Shown here: positions 47,186 to 57,221 of the stretch, one piece after another
Position numbering within the stretch: position 1 is the first letter of the stretch
Layout: every line of letters starts with the position of its first letter
Source of the DNA: Rhodothermales bacterium
GTDB taxonomy: Bacteria; Bacteroidota; Rhodothermia; Rhodothermales; JAHQVL01
Assembly (NCBI GenBank): GCA_034439735.1
Contig: JAWXAX010000167.1
Coordinates: 1-62,732 of the forward strand
Reading direction: 5' to 3'
DNA: 62,732 nt
Notes under the pieces: generated by a model
The model's input: only the letters and a program-made list of their open reading frames with translations
Databases searched by the model: none
What the model was told of the DNA's origin: nothing
Translations under genes and position numbers: made by a program

Positions 47186-47235
47186 CAAATCATTATTAAC
47201 CGGCAGGACGCCGCTTTCCAGGCGTTTCGGTCCTT

Positions 47236-47697
47236 ATGTACGGAAAGAAATTTCGCTTCTCCCTGTCGAGTGTGCTGCGTGTGCGGTCACATGAAACGGA
47301 CCAGGCCCAAAAGGCCCTCGCGGCGGCGCTGAAAAAGCGGATGGCGCAAGAAAAAAAGGTAGCGGAAGCCGCAAGCGATATCGACCGCCTCCAACAGGGG
47401 TCTGTCTCACTCCAAACGGCCGTGACGGCGGCCTGGTTGAGGCAGGCGGACGGTCTGCGACTCGATGCGCAGCGGCGCCTCGGCCTCGAGGAGAAGCGCC
47501 TCAAACATTGCCTTCGCGAAGAACAACAGGCGCGTCGCGACCTCGTAACGCGCCGCAGCGCGGAACAGGCGCTCGAAACCCTGCGAGACATCGAAAAACA
47601 ACGGTTTCAACAAGCCGAGCAGTACGCCGACAACAAACGCCTGGAAGAGCAGGCCCTTGATGTATTTCGGCGAAAAAACGTAGCTGATAAGTCATGA
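47236..47697 (+). CDS. fliJ: FliJ
   Basis: KKFRFSLSSVLRVR, coiled coil; follows fliI. Confidence 0.85.
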   Translation: MYGKKFRFSLSSVLRVRSHETDQAQKALAAALKKRMAQEKKVAEAASDIDRLQQGSVSLQTAVTAAWLRQADGLRLDAQRRLGLEEKRLKHCLREEQQARRDLVTRRSAEQALETLRDIEKQRFQQAEQYADNKRLEEQALDVFRRKNVADKS

Positions 47698-48374
47698 AGA
47701 TTTTAATTGCAGTCGTAGCAAGCCTCGCCTTTTTTGCGCTCGGGCTCATTGGTACCTACATGGCCATGCCGGCCCTGGCGCCCAAGATCGTCGAGGAAAG
47801 CACGGCGCGTCTCGACAGCCTGGACCGCATCGATCGCCACGAAAGCCTCGACCTGGTCCATAATCCTCCCGATCCGATGCCCATGCCTGTCGCCCTGAGG
47901 GACTCGCTCGGCAACGTCCTTGTGGACTCACTCGGCAATTTACTGCTGGACTCAACGGCCTTCGCGTTTCCAGCGTCTATGGATCCATCGCTCGACACAG
48001 TGATCGCTGCACTGCGCGATTCTCTTCAGGATATCCATTTCCGACTGTCCATCGAGCAGGAGACCCAGAAGCTGCTCCAACAGCGGATCGGCGAGATGGA
48101 AGCCCGGTGGGAAGTGCTACAACAGCGATTTGATGAGGCGCGGCAGATGAGCGGTACCCTGGTGAAGCTGGAGGATGGCGAACTCGGCGCCCTGCTCGGC
48201 AAACTGGACATGGGCGTCATCGAAGCCATATACCTGGAGGCGTCAGCCCGAAATCGAACGCGCCTCCTCCAGATGTTGCCGGCCGAGAAAGCCTCGATCC
48301 TCGTCAACAAACTGGCCTCTCCCCAGCCGACTCTTGCAGAGCAAACCTCTCAGGCGACGACGCCGGTCAATTAG
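47694..48374 (+). CDS. MotE/FlbB-like membrane-anchored protein
   Basis: N-terminal TM, coiled coil, MgtE_N-like C-terminus (LLQMLPAEKASILV); lies between fliJ and fliK. Confidence 0.65.
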   Translation: MKILIAVVASLAFFALGLIGTYMAMPALAPKIVEESTARLDSLDRIDRHESLDLVHNPPDPMPMPVALRDSLGNVLVDSLGNLLLDSTAFAFPASMDPSLDTVIAALRDSLQDIHFRLSIEQETQKLLQQRIGEMEARWEVLQQRFDEARQMSGTLVKLEDGELGALLGKLDMGVIEAIYLEASARNRTRLLQMLPAEKASILVNKLASPQPTLAEQTSQATTPVN

Positions 48375-48404
48375 CCGACCTCCCCTTCCCGTCCCTTATA
48401 CGCC

Positions 48405-49847
48405 ATGGATTCCTTATTACCCCTCCAGCCCTTCGACGAGGCGCACGCTTCCAGCCAGGCGGAGCCCCAAAAAGAGGCCCCGGCTGGTGGCTTCGATGCC
48501 CTGTTCGGCCAGGCGGTCCAGGCCTTGCCTCCGATCCCGGCCGATACGAGTTCGAAACGAGCGGCCGAAGTCGCCGCTCGGGAATCCGTCATGCCCTCCT
48601 CAAAACAGGCGACACCCGAGACGAAACGTTCGAGCGGCCAGAATCCTGAAAGCCTCCTCGAGGCGCTTCGCACGACGCGCGAGCCGGCGGGTCCGTCACC
48701 CGACAAAACTGCCGCGCGCGCCGGGGCGCCTTTGACTCCAACGGAGAGCACGTTGAGGGAGGCTCGCGCCGTGTTGCGTGAAGCTGCCGGATGGCGTGAA
48801 ACCAGAGGGTTACGCGAAGGCGATCGCATCATCCCGGGCATCACGATTCGAGTGGCCCATGAACAAGCTGCTACGGCCCCCTCAACAGGCGATGTGGCCA
48901 CTCCGAACGATAACGCGATGCTCAGGCAGCTAGCAGCGCTGCGGACTACGATGCCCATGGCGCAGGCACTCTCGCGCATGACCGAGGCCATGGTCCACGG
49001 CCCGGTCCACCCCGATGCAACAACGACTGCCGACGGAACGACCAAACGCGTTCCCGACGGTCAATCCGAGAAAAGGGCGCTGGCACGTGGCCGGCCCGAG
49101 ACGCAGGCTCTGCGGCCACAATCCGGGATGGATAAAGCGCCCGCGCCCCTGGTGACGGACCCTTCCGTATCTGTTAAGCCCCGGGTCTCGCGCGTGGAAG
49201 ACGACCGGCGCGCGCCGTACGTCGAACACGCCCAGCCGCCGGTGCCGCACACCGCGCCGAAGGAAACGCCAGCGGACGCGTCCAGGGCAACGATGGCTGC
49301 CGAACGCCCGGATGCGCGGGGCGAAAAACAAGCTGAGCGACCGGCGGGATCCACGCTGTCCTCTTCACGCGGCAGCGACTTGCAGGCCCCTATGGGCACT
49401 GAAAAAGCGGCTCGCTCGGGTGGCGCCAGGGCCACGCAAGTGCCCGAGTGGGTGCAGGCATTGCTGGACCGCACGCCAGAGCCCGCGGCAGCCGGCGGCT
49501 GGAAAACCCTCGAAATGCAACTCGATCAGGGCGACGGCACCGTCACCATCAACGTGTTGCGCAACCCGGAGAAAGTCGTCGTCAGCGTCGAGTTTTCGGA
49601 CCCGGCGATGCGGGCCCAGAGTGAAGCACAGACGGCCCAGATCGTCGATGCGCTCCAGATGCACTATCAAGCCGATGTAGATTTTTCGTTCACCCAGTCG
49701 GGTAGCGGATCGGTCTTCGATCAGACGCCGGCGCGAGCGCGGGCCGGGCGACACGACAGCGAGCGCGGCGCGACAGCCGGCCCCGAGGCGAAAACACCCG
49801 AACCGGCCAGGGCCGGCATCGACGGCCAGTACGTGTGGGTAGGCTGA
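48405..49847 (+). CDS. fliK: Hook-length control protein FliK
   Basis: Long Pro/Ala-rich disordered region, then WKTLEMQLDQGDGTVTINV domain; precedes flgD. Confidence 0.75.
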   Translation: MDSLLPLQPFDEAHASSQAEPQKEAPAGGFDALFGQAVQALPPIPADTSSKRAAEVAARESVMPSSKQATPETKRSSGQNPESLLEALRTTREPAGPSPDKTAARAGAPLTPTESTLREARAVLREAAGWRETRGLREGDRIIPGITIRVAHEQAATAPSTGDVATPNDNAMLRQLAALRTTMPMAQALSRMTEAMVHGPVHPDATTTADGTTKRVPDGQSEKRALARGRPETQALRPQSGMDKAPAPLVTDPSVSVKPRVSRVEDDRRAPYVEHAQPPVPHTAPKETPADASRATMAAERPDARGEKQAERPAGSTLSSSRGSDLQAPMGTEKAARSGGARATQVPEWVQALLDRTPEPAAAGGWKTLEMQLDQGDGTVTINVLRNPEKVVVSVEFSDPAMRAQSEAQTAQIVDALQMHYQADVDFSFTQSGSGSVFDQTPARARAGRHDSERGATAGPEAKTPEPARAGIDGQYVWVG

Positions 49848-49876
49848 CGACTTTTCATCACAGACACATCATCCCC

Positions 49877-50548
49877 ATGTTAATCCCAGAATTGAGTAAC
49901 TCGCTCGATCCGCGGTCGGCCGCTTCGCCGGTCAGCAACGACACGCTGGACCGGGACGACTTCCTGTTGCTCCTTGTGACCCAGCTAAGCAACCAGGACC
50001 CGCTGAACCCGATGGACGGGCAACAGTTCGCGGCCCAGCTGGCGCAGTTCTCCTCGCTCGAACAGCTGATCAACATCAACGACGGCATGGCGACTAACGC
50101 CCAGCTGAACGGGTTGCTGGCCCAGAGCATCAACTCGGGTGTCGCCGCCGGCCTGATCGGCAAGGAGGTCGAAGCCGTCGGCGATACCTTCACCTTCAAC
50201 GGAGAGGAGAGCCAGACGATGCACTACGAGTTGGAACATGCGGCGGCGGCCGTTTCAATCGATGTGTTCGACGAAGCGGGCCGGAAGGTGCGGACGATCG
50301 ACGCCGGCCCTCAAGGCAAGGGCGAACGTAGCGGCGCCTGGGACGGCAAGGACGAGGCCGGCGAGACGGTGCCCGCCGGGAAATACACGTTCAAAGTCAA
50401 CGCCACCGATAGTACTGGCGCCAGCATTACGGCCACACAGCTCATGCGCGGCACCGTGGACCGCGTCAGCTTCAGCCAGGGCGGCATTCTGCTCTGGATC
50501 GGCGACGAGTCCATCGTGATGGGCAACGTACGATCCGTGATCGGCTGA
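49877..50548 (+). CDS. flgD: Hook cap protein FlgD
   Basis: FLLLLVTQLSNQDPLNPMD, AQLAQFSSLEQ, WDGKDEAG. Confidence 0.95.
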   Translation: MLIPELSNSLDPRSAASPVSNDTLDRDDFLLLLVTQLSNQDPLNPMDGQQFAAQLAQFSSLEQLININDGMATNAQLNGLLAQSINSGVAAGLIGKEVEAVGDTFTFNGEESQTMHYELEHAAAAVSIDVFDEAGRKVRTIDAGPQGKGERSGAWDGKDEAGETVPAGKYTFKVNATDSTGASITATQLMRGTVDRVSFSQGGILLWIGDESIVMGNVRSVIG

Positions 50549-50560
50549 CGGCAATAATAC

Positions 50561-50670
50561 GTTTAAGGTTTAAGGTTTAAGGTTTAAGGTTTAAACGTAT
50601 AACACCAACTCACACGTTGCACGTTTCACTTTTCACTTTGCCTTTTGCCTTTTCCCTTTTGCACTTCTTC
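50561..50670. repeat. Heptamer arrays: GTTTAAG x4 plus a partial unit, then CTTTT(G/C)(C/A) units
   Basis: Read directly in the flgD-flgE gap. Confidence 0.75.
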
Positions 50671-50704
50671 TAACTCGCACCTCACCCATTAAAACACCAT
50701 ACAC

Positions 50705-51976
50705 ATGATACGTTCATTAACCAGCGGAGTCTCCGGACTTGTGAATCACCAGACACGCATGGATGTCGTTGGTAACAACATTGCGAACGTCAACACCATT
50801 GCGTTCAAGCGGAGCCGCACCGCATTTAATGAGATGCTTGCCCAAGAGGTATCCAGCAATTCGTTTAACGCCTCGTACGTCGGGCTCGGAATAGGACTCA
50901 ACGCGATTGACGTGAGCTGGACTCAGGGCGCACTCGAGACGACGAACAATCCGACCGATCTCGCTATCAGCGGCGACGGCTTCTTTATCGTCCGCGACGG
51001 GCCGCGCGAGCTGCTGACGCGTTCCGGCAACTTCACCTTTAACCGCGCCGGCGAACTGATCACCCCCAGCGGCCTCAAAGTACAGGGCTTCGCGATCGAC
51101 AAGACCACCGGCCTCCCCGACATGACCCAGTTGAGCGACGTCTCCATCGACCTGGCGGCCGGATCGCCGCCGCGCTTCACATCCGAGGTGTCCGTCGCCG
51201 GCAACCTGGACGCCGCGATGTCCGACAACGGTGGCGTCGCCCCGGAAACGTACGAAATGTCTACCATCGTCTTCGACGAGCAGGGCAACAAGTACCCGAT
51301 GGTCTTCTCCTTCGAGAAGATAAGCGCGGACGGCGCGGACCCCGACCAGTTCCAGGTCACCGTCACCGGCGACCCAGCGGCGGCGCCGTTTGGCGGTGCA
51401 TCGACCGTTTTCACGGTCGAGTTCGGCACAGACGGCCTGCTCCAATCGGTTGATGGCGTCGCCACGACCGACCCGGCCTTCGCCCTCCCGACGATTGGCT
51501 GGGACCCAGCCTTTGTAAACATCACAGGCGCGGACGCGATCGAGATCGACCTCTCGGGCATAACTCATTTCCGTGAGACCAGTTCGGTGGTCGTGACCGA
51601 TCAGAACGGCACGTCCTCCGGCAAGTTGGTGGGCTTCGGGTTCAACCTCGATGGTATACTCGAGCTCAACTTCGACAATGGCCATCAGGTGGAGGTGTTC
51701 CAGCTTGCGATGGGCAACGCCAACAACATCAGGGGCCTCGAGACCCTGGGCAATAACCTGTATAGCGCCACCGAGAACTCCGGCATTATCAAACGCGGCC
51801 GTGCCGGCGTCGAAATGAGCGCGGACATTGTGTCCGGGGCGCTTGAGATGAGCAACGTGGACCTCACGAACGAATTCGCCGAGATGATCAAAACGCAGCG
51901 CGGCTTCCAGGCGGCGGCGCGTGTGATCCGGACGGCGGACGAACTGCTGACGGAAATCGTGAACTTGAAGCGGTAG
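50705..51976 (+). CDS. flgE: Hook protein FlgE
   Basis: GVSGL, MDVVGNNIANVNT, DLAISGDGFF, LEMSNVDLTNEF, QRGFQA. Confidence 0.95.
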   Translation: MIRSLTSGVSGLVNHQTRMDVVGNNIANVNTIAFKRSRTAFNEMLAQEVSSNSFNASYVGLGIGLNAIDVSWTQGALETTNNPTDLAISGDGFFIVRDGPRELLTRSGNFTFNRAGELITPSGLKVQGFAIDKTTGLPDMTQLSDVSIDLAAGSPPRFTSEVSVAGNLDAAMSDNGGVAPETYEMSTIVFDEQGNKYPMVFSFEKISADGADPDQFQVTVTGDPAAAPFGGASTVFTVEFGTDGLLQSVDGVATTDPAFALPTIGWDPAFVNITGADAIEIDLSGITHFRETSSVVVTDQNGTSSGKLVGFGFNLDGILELNFDNGHQVEVFQLAMGNANNIRGLETLGNNLYSATENSGIIKRGRAGVEMSADIVSGALEMSNVDLTNEFAEMIKTQRGFQAAARVIRTADELLTEIVNLKR

Positions 51977-51998
51977 ACCGGGCGTTCGCGCCAGGCCG

Positions 51999-52031
51999 GC
52001 CCCGCATCTCCAGGGATGCGGGGCTTTTTTT
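51999..52031 (+). terminator. Intrinsic terminator after flgE
   Basis: GCCCCGCATC-tccagg-GATGCGGGGC-TTTTTTT. Confidence 0.85.
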
Positions 52032-52058
52032 ATGGCCGGCGGAATCTCATCTGACGCA

Positions 52059-52086
52059 TTAAGCGGTCCACGACCCCCGACGATAC
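52059..52086 (+). promoter_or_regulatory. Sigma28-type promoter of the che operon
   Basis: TTAAG-N15-GACGATAC. Confidence 0.6.
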
Positions 52087-52144
52087 CCCCGGTTATCATG
52101 CCCCCGACCCCCGGACAACCGGACGACGCCTACCAGGTACTCCT

Positions 52145-52636
52145 ATGAGCCCGCATCCCGACGACCATTCCAACCTCCTTCAGATCGTCAGCTTCGTCAT
52201 CGGAGAAGAAGAGTTTGGCGTAGATATCCTCAACGTACAGGAGATCATCCGCCCTGTCGAGATCACGCGGGTGCCCAATACGGCCGACTTCGTCGTCGGG
52301 GTGATCAACCTCCGGGGCAAGATCGTCCCCGTCGTCGACCTGCGAAAACGGTTCGGGATGCCGCGGCGCGAACGCGACAAGAATACCCGCATCGTCGTCA
52401 TCGAAATCCAGGACCAGGTGGTCGGCTTCATGATCGACATGGTCCGACAAGTCATCCGCCTGGACCGTGGCACCATCGAGCCGCCCCCCGAACTCGCCAC
52501 GGGCAAAGGCGCCCAGTACATCCGCGGCGTGGCGCGCCTGGACGATCGTCTCCTCACCCTTATCGACCTCGAAGTACTGCTGCGCGACGACACGCAGGCC
52601 GTGCTAGATTCCGTCCCGCAACGCGCCGCCGCCTGA
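52145..52636 (+). CDS. cheW: CheW
   Basis: FGVDILNVQEII, GVINLRGKIVPVVDLRKRF. Confidence 0.95.
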   Translation: MSPHPDDHSNLLQIVSFVIGEEEFGVDILNVQEIIRPVEITRVPNTADFVVGVINLRGKIVPVVDLRKRFGMPRRERDKNTRIVVIEIQDQVVGFMIDMVRQVIRLDRGTIEPPPELATGKGAQYIRGVARLDDRLLTLIDLEVLLRDDTQAVLDSVPQRAAA

Positions 52637-52644
52637 GATTCCTC

Positions 52645-53502
52645 ATGTCTACACTCGACCACTTGGCCCTCACGCTGACCGACGAGTTGTTTGAGCAATT
52701 CCGGCAATTGATCTACTCGAAGACGGGGATCTATTTTCAGGACAACAAACGCTACCTGCTCGAAACACGCCTCGGCAAGCGCCTGCTCGAACTCGGTTAT
52801 CCGGATTTCAAGACCTATTTCGATCTCTTGAGCCGGCGCAACAACCCGCAAGAAATCCCGACGTGCGTGAACATCCTCACGATCAACGAGACGTTTTTCT
52901 TCCGTGCCATCCGCCAGTTCGAGATCCTCGAAACGGAGATCCTCCCCAAAATCGTCGCCTCGCGGCTCAAGCAAACCAAAAATGTGGTGCGCCTCTGGAG
53001 CGCAGCCTGTTCGAGCGGAGAGGAGGCCTACACGCTGGCCATGATTCTCAACGAGCGCTTCAAGACGCGTTTCCCACAGGTGCGTTTCGACATCGTCGGC
53101 ACGGACATCAACACGGAGGTGCTGGCCCGCGCCGAAGAAGGAGTGTACAGCGCGTATGCCATCCGAAACGTCCCGCCGGCGTATCTGGCCAACTATTTCA
53201 AGAAGGAAAACGACCTGTACCACCTCTCGCCGGAGATCAAAAAGATGGTGCGTTTTCGCCGGCTGAACCTGTTCGACCGGGCCGAGATGCTCGGCATGTC
53301 CGGCATCGATATCGCCTTCTGCGCCAACGTGCTCATCTACTTCGACCGCCAGTCCAAAAGCCAGGCCGTCACCTCCATATATAACAGCATAAACCCGGAA
53401 GGGTGCTTCTTCCTCGGCTACTCGGAAAATCTGTACGGGATCGAGCATGGCTTCGTCCCGCTCCGCATGGACGGCATCATGATTTACCGACGGGAACGCT
53501 GA
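52645..53502 (+). CDS. cheR: Chemotaxis methyltransferase CheR
   Basis: TINETFFFR, WSAACSSGEEAYTLAM, GTDIN, FCANVLIYFD. Confidence 0.93.
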   Translation: MSTLDHLALTLTDELFEQFRQLIYSKTGIYFQDNKRYLLETRLGKRLLELGYPDFKTYFDLLSRRNNPQEIPTCVNILTINETFFFRAIRQFEILETEILPKIVASRLKQTKNVVRLWSAACSSGEEAYTLAMILNERFKTRFPQVRFDIVGTDINTEVLARAEEGVYSAYAIRNVPPAYLANYFKKENDLYHLSPEIKKMVRFRRLNLFDRAEMLGMSGIDIAFCANVLIYFDRQSKSQAVTSIYNSINPEGCFFLGYSENLYGIEHGFVPLRMDGIMIYRRER

Positions 53503-53675
53503 CGCGCCGGCCGGCGCGGCGGCGCCAGAATTGTCCCCGAAACAAGTTATTCCAACCCGCCAGCGTCCGATACCCGTCCTATGGAAGACCGTCTGCGTCG
53601 AAACACGGCAGCGTCCACCCGTGATCGCCTGAGATCCATCACGAATTGCCTGAACCCCTGTTAATGGAGACAGTT

Positions 53676-54047
53676 ATGAAGTTTCTAGTCGTAGACGATT
53701 CGCCCACGATGCGCCGAATTGTGTGCAATGCCTTGATGGAAATCGGATACACCGACCTCACCGAGGCGGAAGATGGCCAGAAGGCGATGGATAAATTGAC
53801 CTCCGAAGAGGTCGACTTCGTGATCACAGACTGGAATATGCCGGTCATGAACGGCCTGGAGCTGACAAGGAGCATCCGCAAACACGAGACATTGGGCAAT
53901 CTCCCGATCCTCATGGTGACAACGCGCGGCTTGAAAGAGGATGTCCTCTCCGCCATGCAGGCCAAAGTGAACAACTACGTCATCAAGCCTTTCACGCCCG
54001 ACATTCTGCGGGACAAGATCGACATGATTCTTAAAATCGGTTCGTGA
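53676..54047 (+). CDS. cheY: CheY
   Basis: FLVVDDSPTMRRI, ITDWNMPVMNG, ILMVTT, YVIKPF. Confidence 0.93.
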   Translation: MKFLVVDDSPTMRRIVCNALMEIGYTDLTEAEDGQKAMDKLTSEEVDFVITDWNMPVMNGLELTRSIRKHETLGNLPILMVTTRGLKEDVLSAMQAKVNNYVIKPFTPDILRDKIDMILKIGS

Positions 54048-54048
54048 G

Positions 54049-54855
54049 ATGGCAATGAATAACGCGACAGACATACAGCGGACCCTCGACCGGCTCGACG
54101 AGCTGCGATCGATCTTTGTCCTGGGCCAGCGTGCCGTCCCTTTCATCGAAGAGGTAGTGCTCCTGATCAAGGACATGTCCCCCCTTCTGGAGAACATCAA
54201 CGGCTCACTACAGGATAGCGCCAGCAAACTTCCCAGCGCGTCTTCTCAGCTCGAAAGCGTCTCGCAGGCTACCGAGATGGCCACCACGGAGATCCTCAAC
54301 CTGGTCGACCTTGCGCTGATGAAGTGCAACGAACTGGGCAAACGGATAGAAGCGACCGGCGCCCACGTGGCCCATGTGCGCGGCGAGAACCTCTCGTTCA
54401 AAAAGGTGCTGGAGGATACGCTCGGCCTGGCATGGCCGGCGGTTGCCGCGGCCTACGAATCCCACGCCGGAGTCCAGGAATCCTCGCTGCGCGCGATGGA
54501 AAAAAGCCTTGGCACCCAGCAAGAAGCCGTCAATGTACTCAAGGAAGGCATGACGCAAATCATGATGTCGCTCCAGGTGCAGGACATCACGTCCCAGCAG
54601 ATCGCATCGGTGAACCACCTGATCCACACCACGCGGGAGCGGCTCAACAAGCTCACGGAGAACCTCGGTGCACGGTCGGTCGACGAGTATGACGATGTCA
54701 ACCTCCGGCTCCAGAGCGGCGCCACGTTCGATTCCAACGCCCGCTACGACCTCCCCGGGCTGCGCGAGGTCACCGAACCGGAGCTAGCCGAATTCGACTC
54801 AGCCGGCGACTTCGCCACGATGGGCGATATCGACGCGCTCTTCGCCAACCAGTAA
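54049..54855 (+). CDS. cheZ: CheZ-like phosphatase
   Basis: ATEMATTEIL, IMMSLQVQDITSQQI (DxxxQ) and C-terminal DIDALF; lies between cheY and cheA. Confidence 0.78.
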   Translation: MAMNNATDIQRTLDRLDELRSIFVLGQRAVPFIEEVVLLIKDMSPLLENINGSLQDSASKLPSASSQLESVSQATEMATTEILNLVDLALMKCNELGKRIEATGAHVAHVRGENLSFKKVLEDTLGLAWPAVAAAYESHAGVQESSLRAMEKSLGTQQEAVNVLKEGMTQIMMSLQVQDITSQQIASVNHLIHTTRERLNKLTENLGARSVDEYDDVNLRLQSGATFDSNARYDLPGLREVTEPELAEFDSAGDFATMGDIDALFANQ

Positions 54856-54891
54856 TCGGCCTTCCGCTGTGCGCACGCCGACGAGATTCCG

Positions 54892-57186
54892 ATGGCTGAG
54901 AAACACCCGAAGACCGACGTAACCCCATCGATCGAAGATCGGTTTGCGGACGAAGCGCTCACGACAATCGAGCACGCGCGCGACGTCCTCATCCGACTCG
55001 CGGAGGGGGTAGAAACCGCCGGCGCTTTCGGCGATGTCGCCCGGGCGATCTTCTCGCTGAACGGAGCCGCCGAACTGTTCGACCTCGAGCAGATCAAAAC
55101 GCTCACCCGCAGCTTCTGCAACGCCGCCACGGCCCTGCGCGATGCCGGAGCCGGCCTCGATGAGGCCGAAGCTCGTACACTCCTGACAGCCCTCGACGCC
55201 CTTGCCGAACTGATCGAGCACATGCGCACCGGGAACGAAGAGCCGGTGTTTATCACCTCGCTCGTCGCCGACCTGGATGCCCTGCCAACCCGCAGCGCTC
55301 CTCAGGCGCCCGCGCCGGACGCGACGCTGGCGAAAGCGGCCGAGCCGGCGGTAGATCCCGACCAAGAAGACGCGCCCGAGCTCGAGAACGTACTTGTCGA
55401 CGGCACGCACCCGATCCACTCGGAGGACTTTCGCGAAATCGTCGAAAGCTTCGTGGTGGAAGCCACCGAGATCCTCGATAACCTGGATAATAAGCTCCTC
55501 ATCCTCGAGGAGCATCAGCAGGATAAGGTCCTGGTCGACGAAATCTTCCGGGACGTGCACACGGTGAAGGCTTCCGCCGGCTTCATGAACCTGCAGCAGC
55601 TGAGCCACATCACCCACCACTTCGAGGACGTGCTGAATCGCCTGCGTCGCGGCGACATCGAGTTCCATCCGGCCATGATGGACGTGATGTTCGAGGCGTA
55701 CGATCAGATGAAGGTGCTTGCCCTCCAGGTCAAGAACCAGAAACTCGCCGTCGTCAAGCAGGGGCACCTCATCAAGAAATTATCCGCCATCTCCTCCGGC
55801 ACGTTTAAGCCCGAGAAGGCCGCCGGACTGCGCCGGAAAAGTAGCGAACCGGACGCCTCGGATGATGCGGCCCCCGAAGAACACGAACCTGCCGCCGACG
55901 CATCGCGGACGGATGGGGGGGCCGGCCGGCCGGCCGGCGCGGCGACTCCGAACCGCGCGCTCGACCGATCGACCGAGACCATCCGCGTGGAAGTCCACCG
56001 CCTCGACACGCTGATGAACCTCGTCGGCGAGCTGGTGCTGAACCGCAACCGGCTCGTCCAGATCACCGAGGACCTGAACTCGTCGCTCAGCGACGAGCTC
56101 CTGCGTGGGCTGCTCGAAACGAGCGCACAGCTGGACTTCATCACGACGGAGCTGCAGACGGGCGTCATGCATACCCGCATGGTGCAGATCGGCCGCATCT
56201 TCAACAAATTCCCCCGCGTCGTGCGGGACCTGGCGCGGTCGACCGACAAGGAGATCGTGCTGATGATCGAGGGCGCCGAGACCGAGCTCGACAAGTCGCT
56301 AACCGAAGAAATCGGTGACCCGCTCGTACACCTGCTTCGAAACTCCGTTGACCACGGCATCGAGATCCCGGCCACGCGTATCGCCGCCGGCAAGCCGCCC
56401 GTCGGCACGATCCGGCTGGTGGCCCGTCAGGAGGGCAATAACATCATCATCGAGGTCTCCGACGACGGCGCCGGCATCAACGTCGACCGCGTCAAGCGGA
56501 AGGCTGCCGAGAAGAACCTGGTCACCGAAGCCGAAGCCGCGGAGATGAGCGATGCGGACGCCTTCCTGCTCACCTTCATACCCGGCTTCAGCACGGCCGA
56601 CAAGATCAGCAGCATCTCCGGCCGCGGGGTGGGCATGGATGTCGTCAAGACACACATCGCCCGGCTGAACGGCAGCATCGCCATCCACTCCGAGATGGGA
56701 AAGGGCTCGACTGTGACGCTGAAACTCCCGCTCACGCTGGCCATCAAGCAGAGCCTGCTCGTGCGTCAGAGCGACGAGACGTTTGCCATCCCGTTGCACT
56801 CGGTCGTCGAGGTGGTTGGGATGGAGCACCATCGGATCGACGCGATCAACGGACGCGAAGTGCTCCGGCTGCGCGAGCGGATCCTGCCGCTGGTGTACAT
56901 CAGCGATATCCTGGGTCTCGATCGTCGTAAGGATGTAAAGAACAGCTACGCCGTCGTCATTGGCCTGGCCCACCAGCGGGTGGGCCTGATCGTGGAAGAT
57001 CTGGTCGGGCAAAAGGAAGTCGTAATCAAACCACTTGGAAATTATCTGAAAAAGATCCCCGGCATCGCCGGCTCCACCATCCTGGGCGACGGTCGGGTGA
57101 TCATGATCCTCGATGTGGCCGAGTTGATCCGCCTGGAGCAGGCGCGCCCGCGTACACGCGCGACGTCTCCCCGCGCCATCGCCTAA
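54892..57186 (+). CDS. cheA: Chemotaxis kinase CheA with an extra degenerate N-terminal Hpt domain
   Basis: FRDVHTVK, LMNLVGELV, HLLRNSVDHGIE, DDGAGI, SGRGVGMDVV, CheW-like C-terminus. Confidence 0.95.
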   Translation: MAEKHPKTDVTPSIEDRFADEALTTIEHARDVLIRLAEGVETAGAFGDVARAIFSLNGAAELFDLEQIKTLTRSFCNAATALRDAGAGLDEAEARTLLTALDALAELIEHMRTGNEEPVFITSLVADLDALPTRSAPQAPAPDATLAKAAEPAVDPDQEDAPELENVLVDGTHPIHSEDFREIVESFVVEATEILDNLDNKLLILEEHQQDKVLVDEIFRDVHTVKASAGFMNLQQLSHITHHFEDVLNRLRRGDIEFHPAMMDVMFEAYDQMKVLALQVKNQKLAVVKQGHLIKKLSAISSGTFKPEKAAGLRRKSSEPDASDDAAPEEHEPAADASRTDGGAGRPAGAATPNRALDRSTETIRVEVHRLDTLMNLVGELVLNRNRLVQITEDLNSSLSDELLRGLLETSAQLDFITTELQTGVMHTRMVQIGRIFNKFPRVVRDLARSTDKEIVLMIEGAETELDKSLTEEIGDPLVHLLRNSVDHGIEIPATRIAAGKPPVGTIRLVARQEGNNIIIEVSDDGAGINVDRVKRKAAEKNLVTEAEAAEMSDADAFLLTFIPGFSTADKISSISGRGVGMDVVKTHIARLNGSIAIHSEMGKGSTVTLKLPLTLAIKQSLLVRQSDETFAIPLHSVVEVVGMEHHRIDAINGREVLRLRERILPLVYISDILGLDRRKDVKNSYAVVIGLAHQRVGLIVEDLVGQKEVVIKPLGNYLKKIPGIAGSTILGDGRVIMILDVAELIRLEQARPRTRATSPRAIA

Positions 57187-57221
57187 CCGAGGGGTATACT
57201 CCACCTCGTCCAGGAACCACC

